DNA from: Octopus vulgaris
Lineage: Eukaryota
NCBI GenBank assembly: GCA_951406725.2
Contig: OX597816.1
Location: forward strand, 70,618,001 to 70,682,000
Direction: 5' to 3'
Length of the DNA: 64,000 nucleotides
The notes beneath the pieces were generated by a model. It made no database searches. It was not told where the DNA came from and was given only the letters and a program-made list of their open reading frames with translations. This document shows positions 38,470 to 51,352 of the stretch, piece by piece; the stretch's first letter is position 1; each line of letters opens with the position of its first letter. The translations under genes were made by a program, and so were the position numbers.

Positions 38470-38862
38470 AATAATGAAATTATTGTATACAGTGCTCAGG
38501 TGCACCACAACTTGTCAGAAAGTGCATATAAAGTACATGCAGTAATGTAAAAATGTCTGGAAAGCGAACAATGTATGAGTCAGATACATGCCTGTGTGTG
38601 TATGGAGGGGAGAAAATCAGGTGTAGTGTTGGCGAATCTCAGAAAGCATGGAAGTTTTGAAGGATGCAGTGCTCCGACAACTAACAACTGATGCCGGCAG
38701 TTTGTTCCATGCTTCAGCAACTCTCAGCGTGAAAAAATGTTTCCTGAAGTCATGGGAGCTGTGCTGTTTTCTGACTTTGTAAATATGTCCATAGGTGTTA
38801 GATGGGTGGAGTTTGAAAAGGTGCTCAGAGTTATTGTTTGTACGATGGTTGATAATTTTATG
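38470..38862 (-). mobile_element. CR1/L2-group LINE 3' fragment
   Basis: HKIINH..GHIYKVRKQHSSHDFRKHFFTLRVAEAWNKLP; same family as 41062-41674. Confidence 0.85.
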
Positions 38863-40197
38863 GATAGGAAACTGTAAGAGCTTAGATTTGAATGGGACAT
38901 TAGATGGTATAACTGGTATGCAAGGAACAAAGACAGAGTCACGTTTACCACAACCAGTGAGAATATTTGCTTCAATGCAGTTCATCATAGACTTGTGCAC
39001 AATTAGTGTTGCCTCCCTTGAACCATTTACTTTCACTTTATGGGTCAAACAAACATATGAAAGGACAGAATTTCATTTTTATATATATAAATTATATACA
39101 GCATATTATAATGACCTACACGTGTTTCTGCTGCAGTGACTTACTCACTGTTGCAAATGCAACATTGAAATGTTGTCAGTGCAGCTTGTAGGGGGGTGGA
39201 GTGTATGTAAATATGTTTTTATGTTTGTACTACTCACATCTTGACAGCCAGTGTTAGTTTAGATCTCTGTAACTTAGCAGCTTAGCAAAAGAGAATAAGT
39301 ACTGAAGATGATTTATTCAGTTAAAAACCCCTTCAAGGTGGTGCTCCAGCATGGCTGCAACCTAATGACTGAAAGAAATAAAAGATAAAGATTTTAAAAA
39401 TCCCTTTTATGACTGCATCTTTAATGAAAGTGAGTTTTTTTTTTTTTCAAATAACATGCTAAGAGAGGTAACTCAAATATGCCACAGGCATGACTTTTGT
39501 TAGATAAGTTACTAAGAAATTTACTGAATACTGTATGTAAAAATTCTTTTAATTTATGGGAATTTCTCTCTAAGTTAGAGTAAGAAAACAAAAACAAGTG
39601 ACAATTCTTAAAGAAAAAAAGGAGACGATTTTTAAAAATATGAATTTATCACTCAGATTTGATCTTTATAAATAAGGGACAACTATGGACATGTTTCAGT
39701 CCATTAGGTCTCTTCAACAGAATACAGTTTGTTCAACAGAATACAGTTTGATCAGCTAACAAAGATTTTTTACATATGGGGTAAAAAAACAGTTATGCAT
39801 AATTTTTGTAAGAAATTGCACTACCAATTTGTCTCTAGTACTTTCAGAAGTAATCCAAATATTTAGCTGCATTTAGTAAAATAAATAAATTTTTATGTTT
39901 AAAGCTGGTATCTTGAACTTAAAATTATCATGAAATATTTTAATTAAAATATAAACAGTTGCAACAAATAGTTTTGTATTAAAGAACCAAAGATACTATC
40001 AGCATATTTTCTTTTAATTGCTTAGTTAGAAGAGAAATAGCTATGTCCATTAACTTTTCTATAGCTGATTGGTTGAGAAATTCACTTCACAACCACAAGG
40101 TCCTGGGTTCAATCCTATTGAGGGGTATCTTTAGCAAATATCGTTCTCTATAGCCTTGAGTTAACCGATATCTTGTAAGAAAAATTTGGTATGCTCT

Positions 40198-40579
40198 TTT
40201 TCTCTCTTTACTCTTTTACTTGTTTCAGTCATTTGACATTGGCCATGCTGGAGTACCACCTTTAGTCGAGCAAATCGACCCCAGGACTTTGTAAGCCTAG
40301 TATGTATTCTATTGGTCTCTTTTGCCAAACCGCTAAGTTACAGGGACGTAAACACATCAGCATCAGTTGTCAAGCGATGTAGGGGGGACAAACACAGACA
40401 CACAAACATATACACACACATGCATATATATCATTATCATCATCATCATTTAATGTCCGCTTTCCATGGTAGCATGGGTTGGACGATTTAACTGCTGTCT
40501 GGTGAACCAAACTCCAATCTGATCTGGCAGAGTTTCTACAGCTGGATGCCCTTCTTAATGCCAACCACTCCGAGAGTGT

Positions 40580-40617
<38 letters not shown>

Positions 40618-40780
40618 CGACGGACTTCTTTCAGTTTCTGTCTACCAAATCCACTCACAAGACTTTGGTCAACCCGAGGCTATAGTAAAAGACACTTACC
40701 CAACGTGCGACACAGTGGGACTGAACCCAGAATCATGTGGTTCATAAGCAAGCTACTTACCACACAGCCACTCCTACGCC
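40198..40780 (-). mobile_element. SINE family A with a nested RTE-tail copy (about 40432-40582)
   Basis: Sequence similarity to the other copies. Confidence 0.85.
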
Positions 40781-41061
40781 TATATACAAAAAATTATATA
40801 GAAACCTGATGGTTGGATTGTGATTGCAATTCAAAAAGTACGGTCTTGCCACACCCTATGTCATACAGATACAACCTGAGAATTGCATAAGCTCTTCAGC
40901 ATTTTGAACAACCATACCAGGCCCAAATATTCTACTTGTTTTATGTTCAAGCCAGTCACATTTGACCGCTTATGCCTACCCTACTGTGTTACTCTAAAAA
41001 TAAACTATCACAACATCGAAATTTTGAAACTATAAGATTAATTCAAATAAATGTGCATAAA

Positions 41062-41674
41062 CTGAGGCTTTATATAGCTATGGTGCAGCCTCACCTGGAA
41101 TTTGCATCACCGGTCTGGAACCCCTATCTTGCCCAGGATATTAATAATCTGGAAACCGTTCAGTGACATGCAACCAAGAGAATACCCTCCATCAGGCATT
41201 TGCATTATTCTGAATGCCTTACTTCCCTGGGCATGGATACATTGAAACTCCAACGTCAAGCAACTGACTTGGCACACACCCATAAAATTATTAACCATTT
41301 TACTAACAATAACTCTGAGCACCTTTTCAAACTCCACCTGTCTAACACCCGTGGACACGTTTACAAAATCAGAAAACAGCACAGCTCCCATGACTTTCGG
41401 AAACATTTTTTCACGCTAAGAGTCGCTGAAGTGTGGAACAAACTACCAACATCAGTTGTTTGTTGTCAGAGCACTGCATCCTTCAAAACTTCCATGCTTC
41501 CTGAGATTCGCCAACACTACACCTGATTTTCTCCCCTCCATACACACGCATGCATATATCTGACTCACACACTGTTCGCTTTCCAGACATTTGTACATTA
41601 CTGCATATACTTTATAAGCAATTTTGACAAGTTGTGGTGCACCAGAGCACTGTATACAATAATTTCATTATTAT
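41062..41674 (+). mobile_element. CR1/L2-group LINE 3' fragment
   Basis: LYIAMVQPHLEFASPVWNPY..LETVQ*HATK..TRGHVYK..RKHFFTLRVAEVWNKLP; 3' UTR ends aatttcattattatt. Confidence 0.88.
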
Positions 41675-42058
41675 TCTTTAAATAAGCATTACATTTTACA
41701 GAGTAATCTGGTGATAAAGGGTTAAAGGTTCAAACATCTCTAGAATGCTCAGTGACTTATATGCTAATTCAACTGACCAAACAGCTGAATCCTCTTCATT
41801 GAATGATGGAGCCACACCATAACTGACAGATGAAAGGATGGAAATTAATTCTTAGCTCAAAAGCAGAGCTCAAATTCTTCCAACACTAAAGACTCTGCTA
41901 AAAGCACCAAATGACCCTTACTGGTGTTAAATAACACATCATAATAACTCAAATCCCAGAAGGGTTAAATACAAGTTTTCTCCTGCAGAAAAAATACAGT
42001 TAATAGAAAAGGGTTATATTATATTACACAAATTGAGTTCAAAGAAGGAGGTGATGTC

Positions 42059-42295
42059 TTAAACTTCATCTGCGCAGGATTTTGTTTCAGCAAAAGTTGA
42101 TATTATACTGTTGCTGGTTTTCTCTTGAGCAGCAGACTTCCTGTTAAACATAGATTTGGAGATAAATGGAATTCCTGTACATATTACACCACTATGCAAA
42201 TATGTAAATATCTTTTTATCTAACATACGAAAGAGAGCTTTCAGTGTAATCCTTCTCAAAGCTGCTAATAGTACATCAAGGTGTGTTGATATCTT
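42059..42295 (-). other. Unique-sequence island with an ~80-codon open frame, possible terminal exon of an unidentified gene
   Basis: ELTKISTHLDVLLAALRRITLKALFRMLDKKIF..KSCADEV* is stop-free in non-repetitive AT-rich DNA; splice acceptor weak, no family recognised. Confidence 0.25.
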
Positions 42296-42436
42296 TGTAA
42301 GTTCATGTGTAAGTGTGTGTATATATATATATATAAACCCATATACATATGTATGTGGTGTGTATGCGTGAGCGTGTTTGTGCGTATGTGTTGTATAAAT
42401 AAATATGTATATATGCATATACATATACATATATGT

Positions 42437-42576
42437 AGAGTGAGAGAGGAAGAGAGGCAGACAGAGAGAGAGGGAGAGACTGACAAAGAGAGAGGGAAAG
42501 ACAGACAGAGAGAGAGGGAGAGATAGCCAGAGAGAGAGGGAGAGACAGACAGAGAGAGAGAGGGTGAGACAGACAA

Positions 42577-42607
<31 letters not shown>

Positions 42608-43007
42608 GGGTGAGACAGACAAAGAGAGAGAGACAGACAGACAGAGAGAGAAGGAGAGACAGCCAGAGAGAGAGGGAGAGACAGACAGAGAGAGAGGGAG
42701 AGACAGACAGAGAGGGAGAGACAGACAGAGAGAGAGGGAGAGACAGACAGAGAGAGAGGGAGAGACAGACAGAGAGAGAGGGAGAGACAGACAGAGAGAG
42801 AGGGAGAGACAACCAGAGAGAGAGGAAGAGACAGACAGAGAGGGAAAGACAGACAGAGAGAGAGGGTGAGACAGACAGAGAGAGAGAGAGGGAGAGACAG
42901 CCAGAGAGAGAGGGAGAGACAGACAGACAGAGAGGGTGAGACAGACAGAGAGAGAGAGGGTGAGACAGACAGACAAAGAGAGGGGGAGAGACAAAGATAG
43001 AGAGAGA
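42437..43007. repeat. Purine-rich (GA/GACA) satellite, about 22-bp unit gagagagggagagacagacaga
   Basis: Direct inspection. Confidence 0.95.
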
Positions 43008-44099
43008 TGTGTTTGTATACATATACATATATTATCTATATACACTTATATATATGCATAACACACACACACACGCACAAATTTATACATGCATGTATAT
43101 TTATAACATGTACGTCCTTATAAATGAAACCTCCCTAATACTAAATAGGAAATATACATAGTAGATATCATACCTCCATACCCACAGTTTGCACAGGTAG
43201 AGTAAAATAGTTAGTGGTCAGTTATGTAGATAGATGTATGTATGTGTGTGTGTGGGTGTGAGTGTGTGTGTATACACATGCTTTTTTTATGTACGTAAGC
43301 ATATGGATTGAAAATAAACAGATCAACATACAGATGGATAGGTACAAAGATTATAAGAACAGACAAGCACACATGCGTAAATGACGGAGACTGAAACAAA
43401 TGACCACATACACACATTACTCCACACAAGGACACATATGGGAACACGGACCCACACATATAGAGATGCACATCCATACATACAAACATGGTACATAGTT
43501 GCAAAACACACACACAGATGCATACATATACAAACACATGCTCACACACACACACATACATACAAAATACACAAACACAGTCATACAAGCACATGAATAT
43601 GCAGGATACATACATACACATGCACACACATGCATACATATATATATATATATATGCATACACACACACATATATACATACACACATGCATACATACATA
43701 CATAAACACATACATACACACATACATACATGCATAAACACATACATACACACATACATATACATACATACATACATACATACATACATACATACATACA
43801 TACATACATACATACATGCATGCATAGGCACACACACACTGACCCATACACATGCGCACAAACAAACAAAAAGGAATGCAGTGTAAATAACAGACAGAGT
43901 CAAGACTACTGAAAAGGTTGCAAGATGCAATGAAAGTTTTAGGAAAATAAAAATAAGGAATAAGTAGAAATTTTACCAGTGACTGTGTTACATTATAAGG
44001 CACAAAAAGAAAATGACTCCCCAGACAGAACAGAATATGCTTCAACACACAAACTCATATAAAGAATCTTGCAAACCAAATCCAAACATGAAATATATA

Positions 44100-44408
44100 T
44101 ATAAATGGAACAAAAACGCAATAGAGGACATTAAAACATTCAGACAGATAGGTGATACAAAGGTGGACAGGAGAAACAACAAATAGAAGGACAGGCAAAA
44201 AAAGGCAGATCATTCGTGGTTTTCTTTCTTCAGCCAAGTTCCAGAAGTCACAACCATTTCAGGCAGTTACACTTGAGATGGTTCGATCTAGTTATACACG
44301 TGAGTGGACAAACAAAAGAAGGGCACTTGACCATTTGGTTGACAACTAGCTTTGCGCTTGAAACTCAAGAGTACGAACGAATTTGAATCAAACTGTTTTG
44401 ATCCAAAT
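44100..44408. mobile_element. (TA)n-flanked element related to 22292-22480
   Basis: Shared aaatggaacaa..aaaacat.cagaca..aggtg.tacaaa..tcattcg..ttt.tcttcag motifs and a shared stem-loop. Confidence 0.55.
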
Positions 44409-44472
44409 ATATATATATATACACACACACATGCACATGCAACAGGCTTCAACATGATTTCAAACAAATTAA

Positions 44473-44705
44473 GGTGGCAAGGAGCTGCCAGAATCGTTAG
44501 CACACTAGATGAAATATTTAATGGTATTTCGTCTGTTGCTACGTTCTGAGTTCAAATTCTGCCGAGGTCAACTTTGCCTTTCATCCTCTTGGGGTCAATA
44601 AATTAAGTACCAGTTATGCACTGGGGTCGATGTAATCAACTTAATCCCTTTGTCTGTCCTTGTTTGTCCCTTCTATGTTTAACCCCTTGTGGGCAATAAA
44701 GAAAA
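44473..44705 (+). mobile_element. SINE family B
   Basis: Similarity to 7014-7247. Confidence 0.85.
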
Positions 44706-45427
44706 ATGATTTCTAATAAATTCACTCACAGGATATTGGTCAGCCAGGGCTATAGGAGAAGACACTTTCCCCAGGTGCCATGCAATAAGACTGAACTTGA
44801 AACCACATGGTTGCGGGGTAAGCTTCTTAACCACACAACCTTCCCTGCTTATAAACCTAATTTTCAGTAGGGGCATAATGATTACATGTTTGTATCTACA
44901 TTACTAACCAGAGTTTTAGGATGCATAAATTTAAAATATGTTTGTATCCACAACATTAGTGTATGTTTACAATATTTATACCTACACTTCAAATTCCACC
45001 AAGGTTGACTTTGGCTTTTATCCTTTTGTGGTCAATGAAATAAGTACCAGCTGAGTACTGGGGTTGATGTAATTGACTTTCCTCTTCCTACAAAAATACT
45101 GGCCTTCTTGCTAAAATTTGAAATTGATATTTATCCCTACACTCTGGTTAACCCATATATGCCCATAAAAAAAATGAAGTCTTAAAATTTCACTGTAATT
45201 AGATTAAACGTTATGGTAAGCTTTCACAATCTGGAAGAGAAGGAGAGTATGCAACGGTTAGCTACAGGTGTTGACTACCTGCTGAACATTTCATATGCTT
45301 GGTCAGATGCTTCCCGGCAAGTTAATATCCAAACAAGCATAAGCAGGTTTTACATTGCAAAAATGCAACCAGGGGTATATATGGGTTCATATGTTTCATA
45401 TCTGATCATTGTCTTATACCTGAATAG

Positions 45428-45589
45428 GAGCAGGAGTGGCTGTGTGGCAAGTAGCTTGCTTACCAACCACATGGTTCCAGGTTCAGTCCCACTGCGTGGC
45501 ACCTTGGGCAAATGTCTTCTACTATAGCCTTGGGCCAACCAAAGCCTTGTCAGTGGATTTGGTAGATGGAAACTGAAAGAAGCCCGTCG

Positions 45590-45639
<50 letters not shown>

Positions 45640-45856
45640 TGTCTGTGTGTGTCTGTGTTTGTCCTCCCAACATCGCTTGACAACCGATGCTGGAGTGTTT
45701 ACGTCCCTGTCACTTAGCGGTTCGGCAAGAAAGACCGATAGAATAAGTACTAGGCTTACAAAGTCCTGGGGTTGATTTGCTCAACTAAAGGCGGTGCTCC
45801 AGCATGGCCACAGTCAAATGATTGAAACAAATTAAAGAATAAAAGAATAAAAGAAT
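45428..45856 (+). mobile_element. SINE family A, full length with (AAAGAATA)n tail
   Basis: ggagcaggagtggctgtgtgg head to ..gaaacaaattaaagaataaaagaata tail. Confidence 0.88.
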
Positions 45857-46179
45857 ATGTACCATGCTGCCTACAACTACACCAGAACTAGGATTCTCGT
45901 TTTCTATTTAAAGAATACTAATGTCCCTATCATTCTGAACTACAGATAAACTCAACTGAAACAGTGTAAATATAAATATTGTAAATATCCACTCCAATGA
46001 TCAACTTAATAGTCTGGAAAATGATTATGTCGTAAAGCTTTATGTTCAAACTATTTTTAAATACAATTTATGAAATAATATAATGTTTTCATTTGATTTA
46101 GCTCAATTCTGTAGAATTAAGAGAATTGGAAATTGTGATATTCATGTCTTTCCTAAGATCATTGATAGCTGTAAGTGAA

Positions 46180-46510
46180 GGCACATGGCTCAGTGGTTAG
46201 AGCATAGAGCTTACGATCATGAGGTTGTGAGTTCGATTCCTGGACCGGGCTGCATGTTGTGTTCTTGAGCAAGACACTTTATTTCACATTGCTCCAGTTC
46301 ACTCAGCTGTAGAAATGAGGTGTGGCGTCACATGTGCCAAGCTGTATCGGCCTTTGCCTTTCACTTGGATAACATCAGTGGTGTGGAGAGGGGAGGCTGG
46401 TATACATGGGTGACTGCTGGTCTTCCATAAACAACCTTGCCCAGACTTGTGCCTCGGAGGGTAACTTTCTATGTGCAATCTCATGGTCATTCATGACTGA
46501 AGTGGGTCTC
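46180..46510 (+). mobile_element. SINE family C, full length
   Basis: tggctcagtggttagagc..gagttcgattcc; matches 6345-6615. Confidence 0.85.
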
Positions 46511-47709
46511 CTCCTGATAGCTGTAGTTAGGAATGTCAATATCATGGATAGGTGTTTGTCATGTGGTTAAGAAGCCTGCTTCCCAACCATGTGGTCTTAG
46601 GTTCAGTCCCACTGTGCAGCACCTGGAACAAGTGTCTTTTACAATCGCCCCAGGCTGACCAAAACTTTGTGAATGTATTTGATAAATGGAAACTGAAAGA
46701 ATCTTATCGTTTATGTGTGTGTATGTGTGTACATCATGTGATGGTTGTAAATAATCATCATCAGAGGAGGAGGAGTGAGGCTATTTGTTTCCAGGTTCTG
46801 TGAAAAAAAAAAGGAAAATGTCAGCCAAATGGGAAACCACTTTCCTTGAAAACATGGGAAAATGGACATTAAATCTTAATGAGTATGAGGGTGGTGGTGG
46901 TGGTTGTGGTGGCGGCGGCGGAGACAACAATACTGACGATGCTGAAGACGATGGTGGTGGTGGTCATGATCATGATCATGATAATGTTGTTGCTGCTGAT
47001 GATGATGATGGCAGCAATGATGATAATGATGACAGTGATGGTGACGATGATGATGATGACAACAACGACGACAACAACGAGGTGGTTTATTAATTTGGAT
47101 CAGTGTTACATTTCTACTTTTAAGCATGGATGGTGCCATGAATCTACCATCAAGTAATGCATACAAGATGGCAGCTGGTCAATTTCAGTACATTTTTCAT
47201 TCTCAGCATGGTACCAGACAGACATGTCATAACACATTATTAGATAATTAGCAATTTATCAGGAACGTGTGTGGTCAAGGAAGATGCAAAGCTCTTCCAA
47301 AGAGCAGATCCACAAAAGCAACTTGTAGAAGAACATTATTCAAAACTTCGGAGAAATTTACCAAAGTAATTAACCCTGTAATGATACATCTGTGTGGTGT
47401 GGGTTAACAGTGTGACAATTTGATATTGAGTTGTTACAGATCAAAAGAACACAGATTCTGTTGAGATTTTAAATGAAAATGCATTTATTTCTTTGTGATT
47501 ATCAAAATATAGGATATTGCTTCTATAAATGGCAGAACAGGTATATACACCAAGTTAGTTCAAATTTTGTATGAGATGTTGCTGGATCAGATATAAGAGT
47601 AGAAGCCATCAGGTATTTCTTGGAACTGACTGGTCAGGCTGTGTCACTGCCACTGCTGCTACTCCACTATTGTCATTGTTGCTGCCATCATCCATTGGTA
47701 TTACTGACA

Positions 47710-47942
47710 AGCGGCGATCTGGCTGAAACATTAGTACGCCGGGCAAAATGCGTAGCTGTATTTCGTCTGCCGTTACATTCTGACTTCAAATTCCGCCGAG
47801 GTCGACTTTACCTTTCATCCTTTTGGAGTTGATAAATTAAGTACCAGTTATGCACTGAGGTCGATATAATCGACTTAATCCCTTTGTCTGTCCTTGTTTG
47901 TCCCCTCTGTGTTTAGCCCCTTGTGGGTAGTAAAGAAATAGG
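47710..47942 (+). mobile_element. SINE family B
   Basis: Similarity to 7014-7247. Confidence 0.85.
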
Positions 47943-48034
47943 TATTACAATCAAGTATGTGCTGTTACTGTCTCACAAATCCTTTGCTCTGATCAGCTTC
48001 ACTGCTCTCTGCTGGTTATAGACTCAAGGGTATA

Positions 48035-48350
48035 GACCCCCTTCAGTCATGAATACCCATGGGATTGCACAAGGAAAGTTACCCTCCAAGGCACAAGTCT
48101 GGGCAAGATTGTTTATAGAAGACCAGCAGTCAACCATACATATCAGTCAGCCCTTTCCATACCACCAATATTATTCAAGGGAAAGGCAAAGGGGCCGATA
48201 CAGCCTGGCACCAGTGACATTGCAAATCATTTCTATAGCAGAGTGAACTGGAGCAACATGAAATAAAGTATCTTGCTCAAGAACATAACAGGAATCAAAC
48301 TCACTACCTCATGATCATGAGCCTGACATTCTAACCACTGAGCCATGCTA
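48035..48350 (-). mobile_element. SINE family C
   Basis: Reverse complement of 46180-46510. Confidence 0.8.
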
Positions 48351-49057
48351 CATATTTAGTGCTAAAAAGCACTAAATATATAGCTGGTGTTCTTATCAGA
48401 AAAAGTGCATCAAAGGCTCAGGCATGGCTACATGGTAAGAAATTTGCTTCCAAACTACGTGGTTCCAGGTTCAGCCCTACTGCATAGGATTTTGGGCAAG
48501 TGTCTTCAACTAAAGCCTTGGGCCAACCAAAGCCTTGCAAGTGGATTCAGTAGAATGAAAGAAGCCTGTCGTGTGTGTGTGTGTGTGTGTGTCTGAGCCC
48601 ATGTTTGTGTTTGTCCCCTACCACCACCTGACAGTTGGGATTGGTAAATTCCTTAACTTAATGGTTCAGCAAGAGATACCAATAAAATAAGAACCAGCCT
48701 TTAAAAATTAAGTACCAGGGTCAAATCATTCACTAAATTTTTTTCAAAACAGTGAATCAACATGGTCACAGTCTGATGGCTAAAACAAGTAAAAGAATAA
48801 AAGAATAAAAGAATAATAGAAAGATGCAATTCTATTCCACCAGAAATTTGAATGGTTAGTGTTTTGATGATGTCAGCAATGTTTAAGTGAATTGTGCTCA
48901 TGTTGTTGTTTTTGTATCGAGTGCTGGTGCCATGTGAAGAGCACTCCGTCCACTCTACAGAGTGACTGATGTTAGGAAGGGCATCCAACCGTAAAATCCT
49001 GTATAAATTATACAGTAGCCTGGGGTAGCCTTCTGCCTGGCTGGCTCCTGTCAAACC

Positions 49058-49287
49058 TATTTCTTTGCTACCCAGAAGGGGCTAAACACAGAGGGGACAA
49101 ACAAGGACAGACAAGCAGATTAAGCCGATTACATCGATCCCAGTGCGTAACTGGTACTTAATTTATCAACCCCGAAAGGATGACAGGCAAAGTCGACCTT
49201 GGCGGAATTTGAACTCAGAACATAACAGCAGACGAAATACTGCTAAGCATTTCGCCCGGCGTTCTAACGTTTCGGCCAGTTCGCCGT
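49058..49287 (-). mobile_element. SINE family B nested in an RTE-tail copy (about 48915-49335)
   Basis: Flanked by duplicated gtcaaacc (49050-49057, 49286-49293); RTE tail sequence continues on both sides. Confidence 0.8.
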
Positions 49288-50381
49288 CAAACCGTCCAAC
49301 CCATACCTGCATGAAGGTGGACTTTATACGATAATGATACAGTGATCCAGGTTCGATTCTAAGTGCTTTGCAACTGCCAAATATTTCTGCTACAACACCT
49401 TCTCCACACATACCTACAGATACATAATGCATAGAGAAGGTGCAGGCATGACTAGGTGGTTAAAAAGCTTGCTTTCGAACCATAAGATTTCAGGTTCAGT
49501 CCCACTGCGTGACACCTTGGACAAGTGTCTTCTGTTATAGCCCAAAGCCAACAAAGCCTTATGTGTGAATTTGGTAGATGGAAACTGAAAGAAGCCCATC
49601 ACTCCTGATGGATGGATGGATGGATGGATGGATGAATGGATATGTGTGTGTGTGTGTGTCTGGGAGTAGGGAATGCATGATTGTGTGTGTGTGTGTGATG
49701 TCTGTATCGCCACATCATTCCATTGCATGAGGATTGTAAATGAGTGTCAAATTTCCACTTGATTATTTTTATTTTCTTAAAATTTTCGTTGCCTCTTGCA
49801 ACCTTTTCAATAGTCAAATTTCCACTTATTTTCCTAAAATTTTCGTTGTGTCTTGCAACCTTTTCGATAGTCTTGACTATTGAAAAGGTACCAAGATGCA
49901 ACGAAAATTTTAGAAAAATGAAAAATGTAAAGGTTGCAAGATGCAATGAAAATTTTAGGAAAATAAAAATAAGAAATAAGTGGAAATTTTACCGGTGAGT
50001 GTGTTAAATTATAAGACACAAAAAGAAAATGACTCTCCCCAGACACAACAGAATATGCTTCAACACACGAATTTATATCAAGAATCTTGCAAACCAAATC
50101 CAAATACGAAAGATTAGTTAGTTAATTGTTGTTTTAATATCATATCAGAAATTTCCCAAAGGCAAAATTACATTATCTTATTCTTTTATTAATTCCTCTG
50201 GTTCGACTGCGACCATGCTAGCGTCTGCAGAAGCTTTGTCGATCTATATTCATGGGTTTATGGAATTAAGACAGAATTATTGCCCTTTAGAGAGTTACTT
50301 CCCTTTAGGCAGTGAATATCATTGGTCATTAGCACTAATATTTGTACATTAATATACAACTCATGCGTCTGTGTGTGTAAT

Positions 50382-51352
50382 ATAATAATAATGATGATGA
50401 AATTATTGTATACAGTGCTCAGGTGCACCACAACTTGTCAAAAGTGCGTATAAAGTATATTCAGTAATGTACAAATGTCTGGAAAGCGAACAGTGTATGA
50501 GTCAGATACATGTGTGTGTATGGAGAGGAGAAAATCAGGTGTAGTGTTGGCGAATCTCAGGAAGCATGGAAGTTTTGAAGGATTCAGTGCTCCGACAACT
50601 AACAACTGATGCCGGCAGTCTGTTCCATGCTTCAGCAACCCTTAGCGTGAAAAAATGTTTCCGAAAGTCATGCCACCTGTGCCGGTGGCATGTGTAAAAA
50701 GATTCGAGCGAGGTCATTGCCAGTACTGCCTGACTGGCTCCCGTGCTGGTGGCACATAAAAACACCCATTATACTCTCGGAGTGGTTGGCGTTAGGAAGG
50801 GCATCCAGCTGTAGAAACACTGCCAGATCAAGACTGGAGCCTGGTGCAGCCATCTGGTTCGCCAGCCCTCAGTCGAAATCGTCCAACCCAAGCTAGCACG
50901 GAAAGCGGACATTAAACGATGATGATGATGGGAGCTATGCTGTTTTCTGATTTTGTAAACATGTCCACGGGTGTTAGACAGGCGGAGTTTAAAAAGGTGC
51001 TCAGAGTTATTGTTTGTAAGATGGTTAATAATTTTATGGGTATCTACCAAGTTAGCTGCCAGACGTTGGAGTTTCAATGTATCCATGCCCAGGGAAGTAA
51101 GGCGTTCAGAATATGGCAGATGCCTGAAGGCGGGTATTCTCTTGGTTGCACGTCGCTGAATGGCTTCCAGACAATTAATATCCTGGGCAAGATAGGGGTT
51201 CCAGATTTGTGATGCAAATTCCAGGTGAGGTCATACCATAGCTATATACAGCCGCAGATAGATAGCCGGAGAGCGGCTCACAAAGGACTTGGTGAGTAAT
51301 GCCAAAACACCCTCAGCCTTCTTGGCAATTTTAGCGATGTGTTTTGTCCAAC
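50382..51352 (-). mobile_element. CR1/L2-group LINE 3' fragment with a nested RTE-tail copy (about 50633-50930, plus)
   Basis: RWTKHIAKIAKKAEGVL..LRLYIAM..PHLEFASQIWNPY..RKHFFTLRV; RTE tail interrupts at aagtcatg|ggagct. Confidence 0.88.

Larger units (their letters stand above)
36715..39050 (-). mobile_element. Helitron 3' region with a Pif1-like helicase remnant, internal duplications and nested insertions
   Basis: Minus-strand terminus gcccaagaaacgacgggtattactgCTAG at 36715; NCIEANILTGCGKRDSVFVPCIPVIPSNVPFKSKLLQFPI at about 38860-38985; duplicated blocks 37425-37725 vs 38165-38445. Confidence 0.7.

Noticed and set aside
42059-43045. 328-aa ORF rich in LSLSVCLS
   Set aside because: Most of it is translation of the GA/GACA satellite and CA/TA repeats; only the last ~80 codons are unique and are treated separately.
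46385-46505. HDV-like ribozyme in the SINE C tail
   Set aside because: Some nested pairing is possible, but I could not obtain a canonical P3/L3 size or J4/2 catalytic C by hand.
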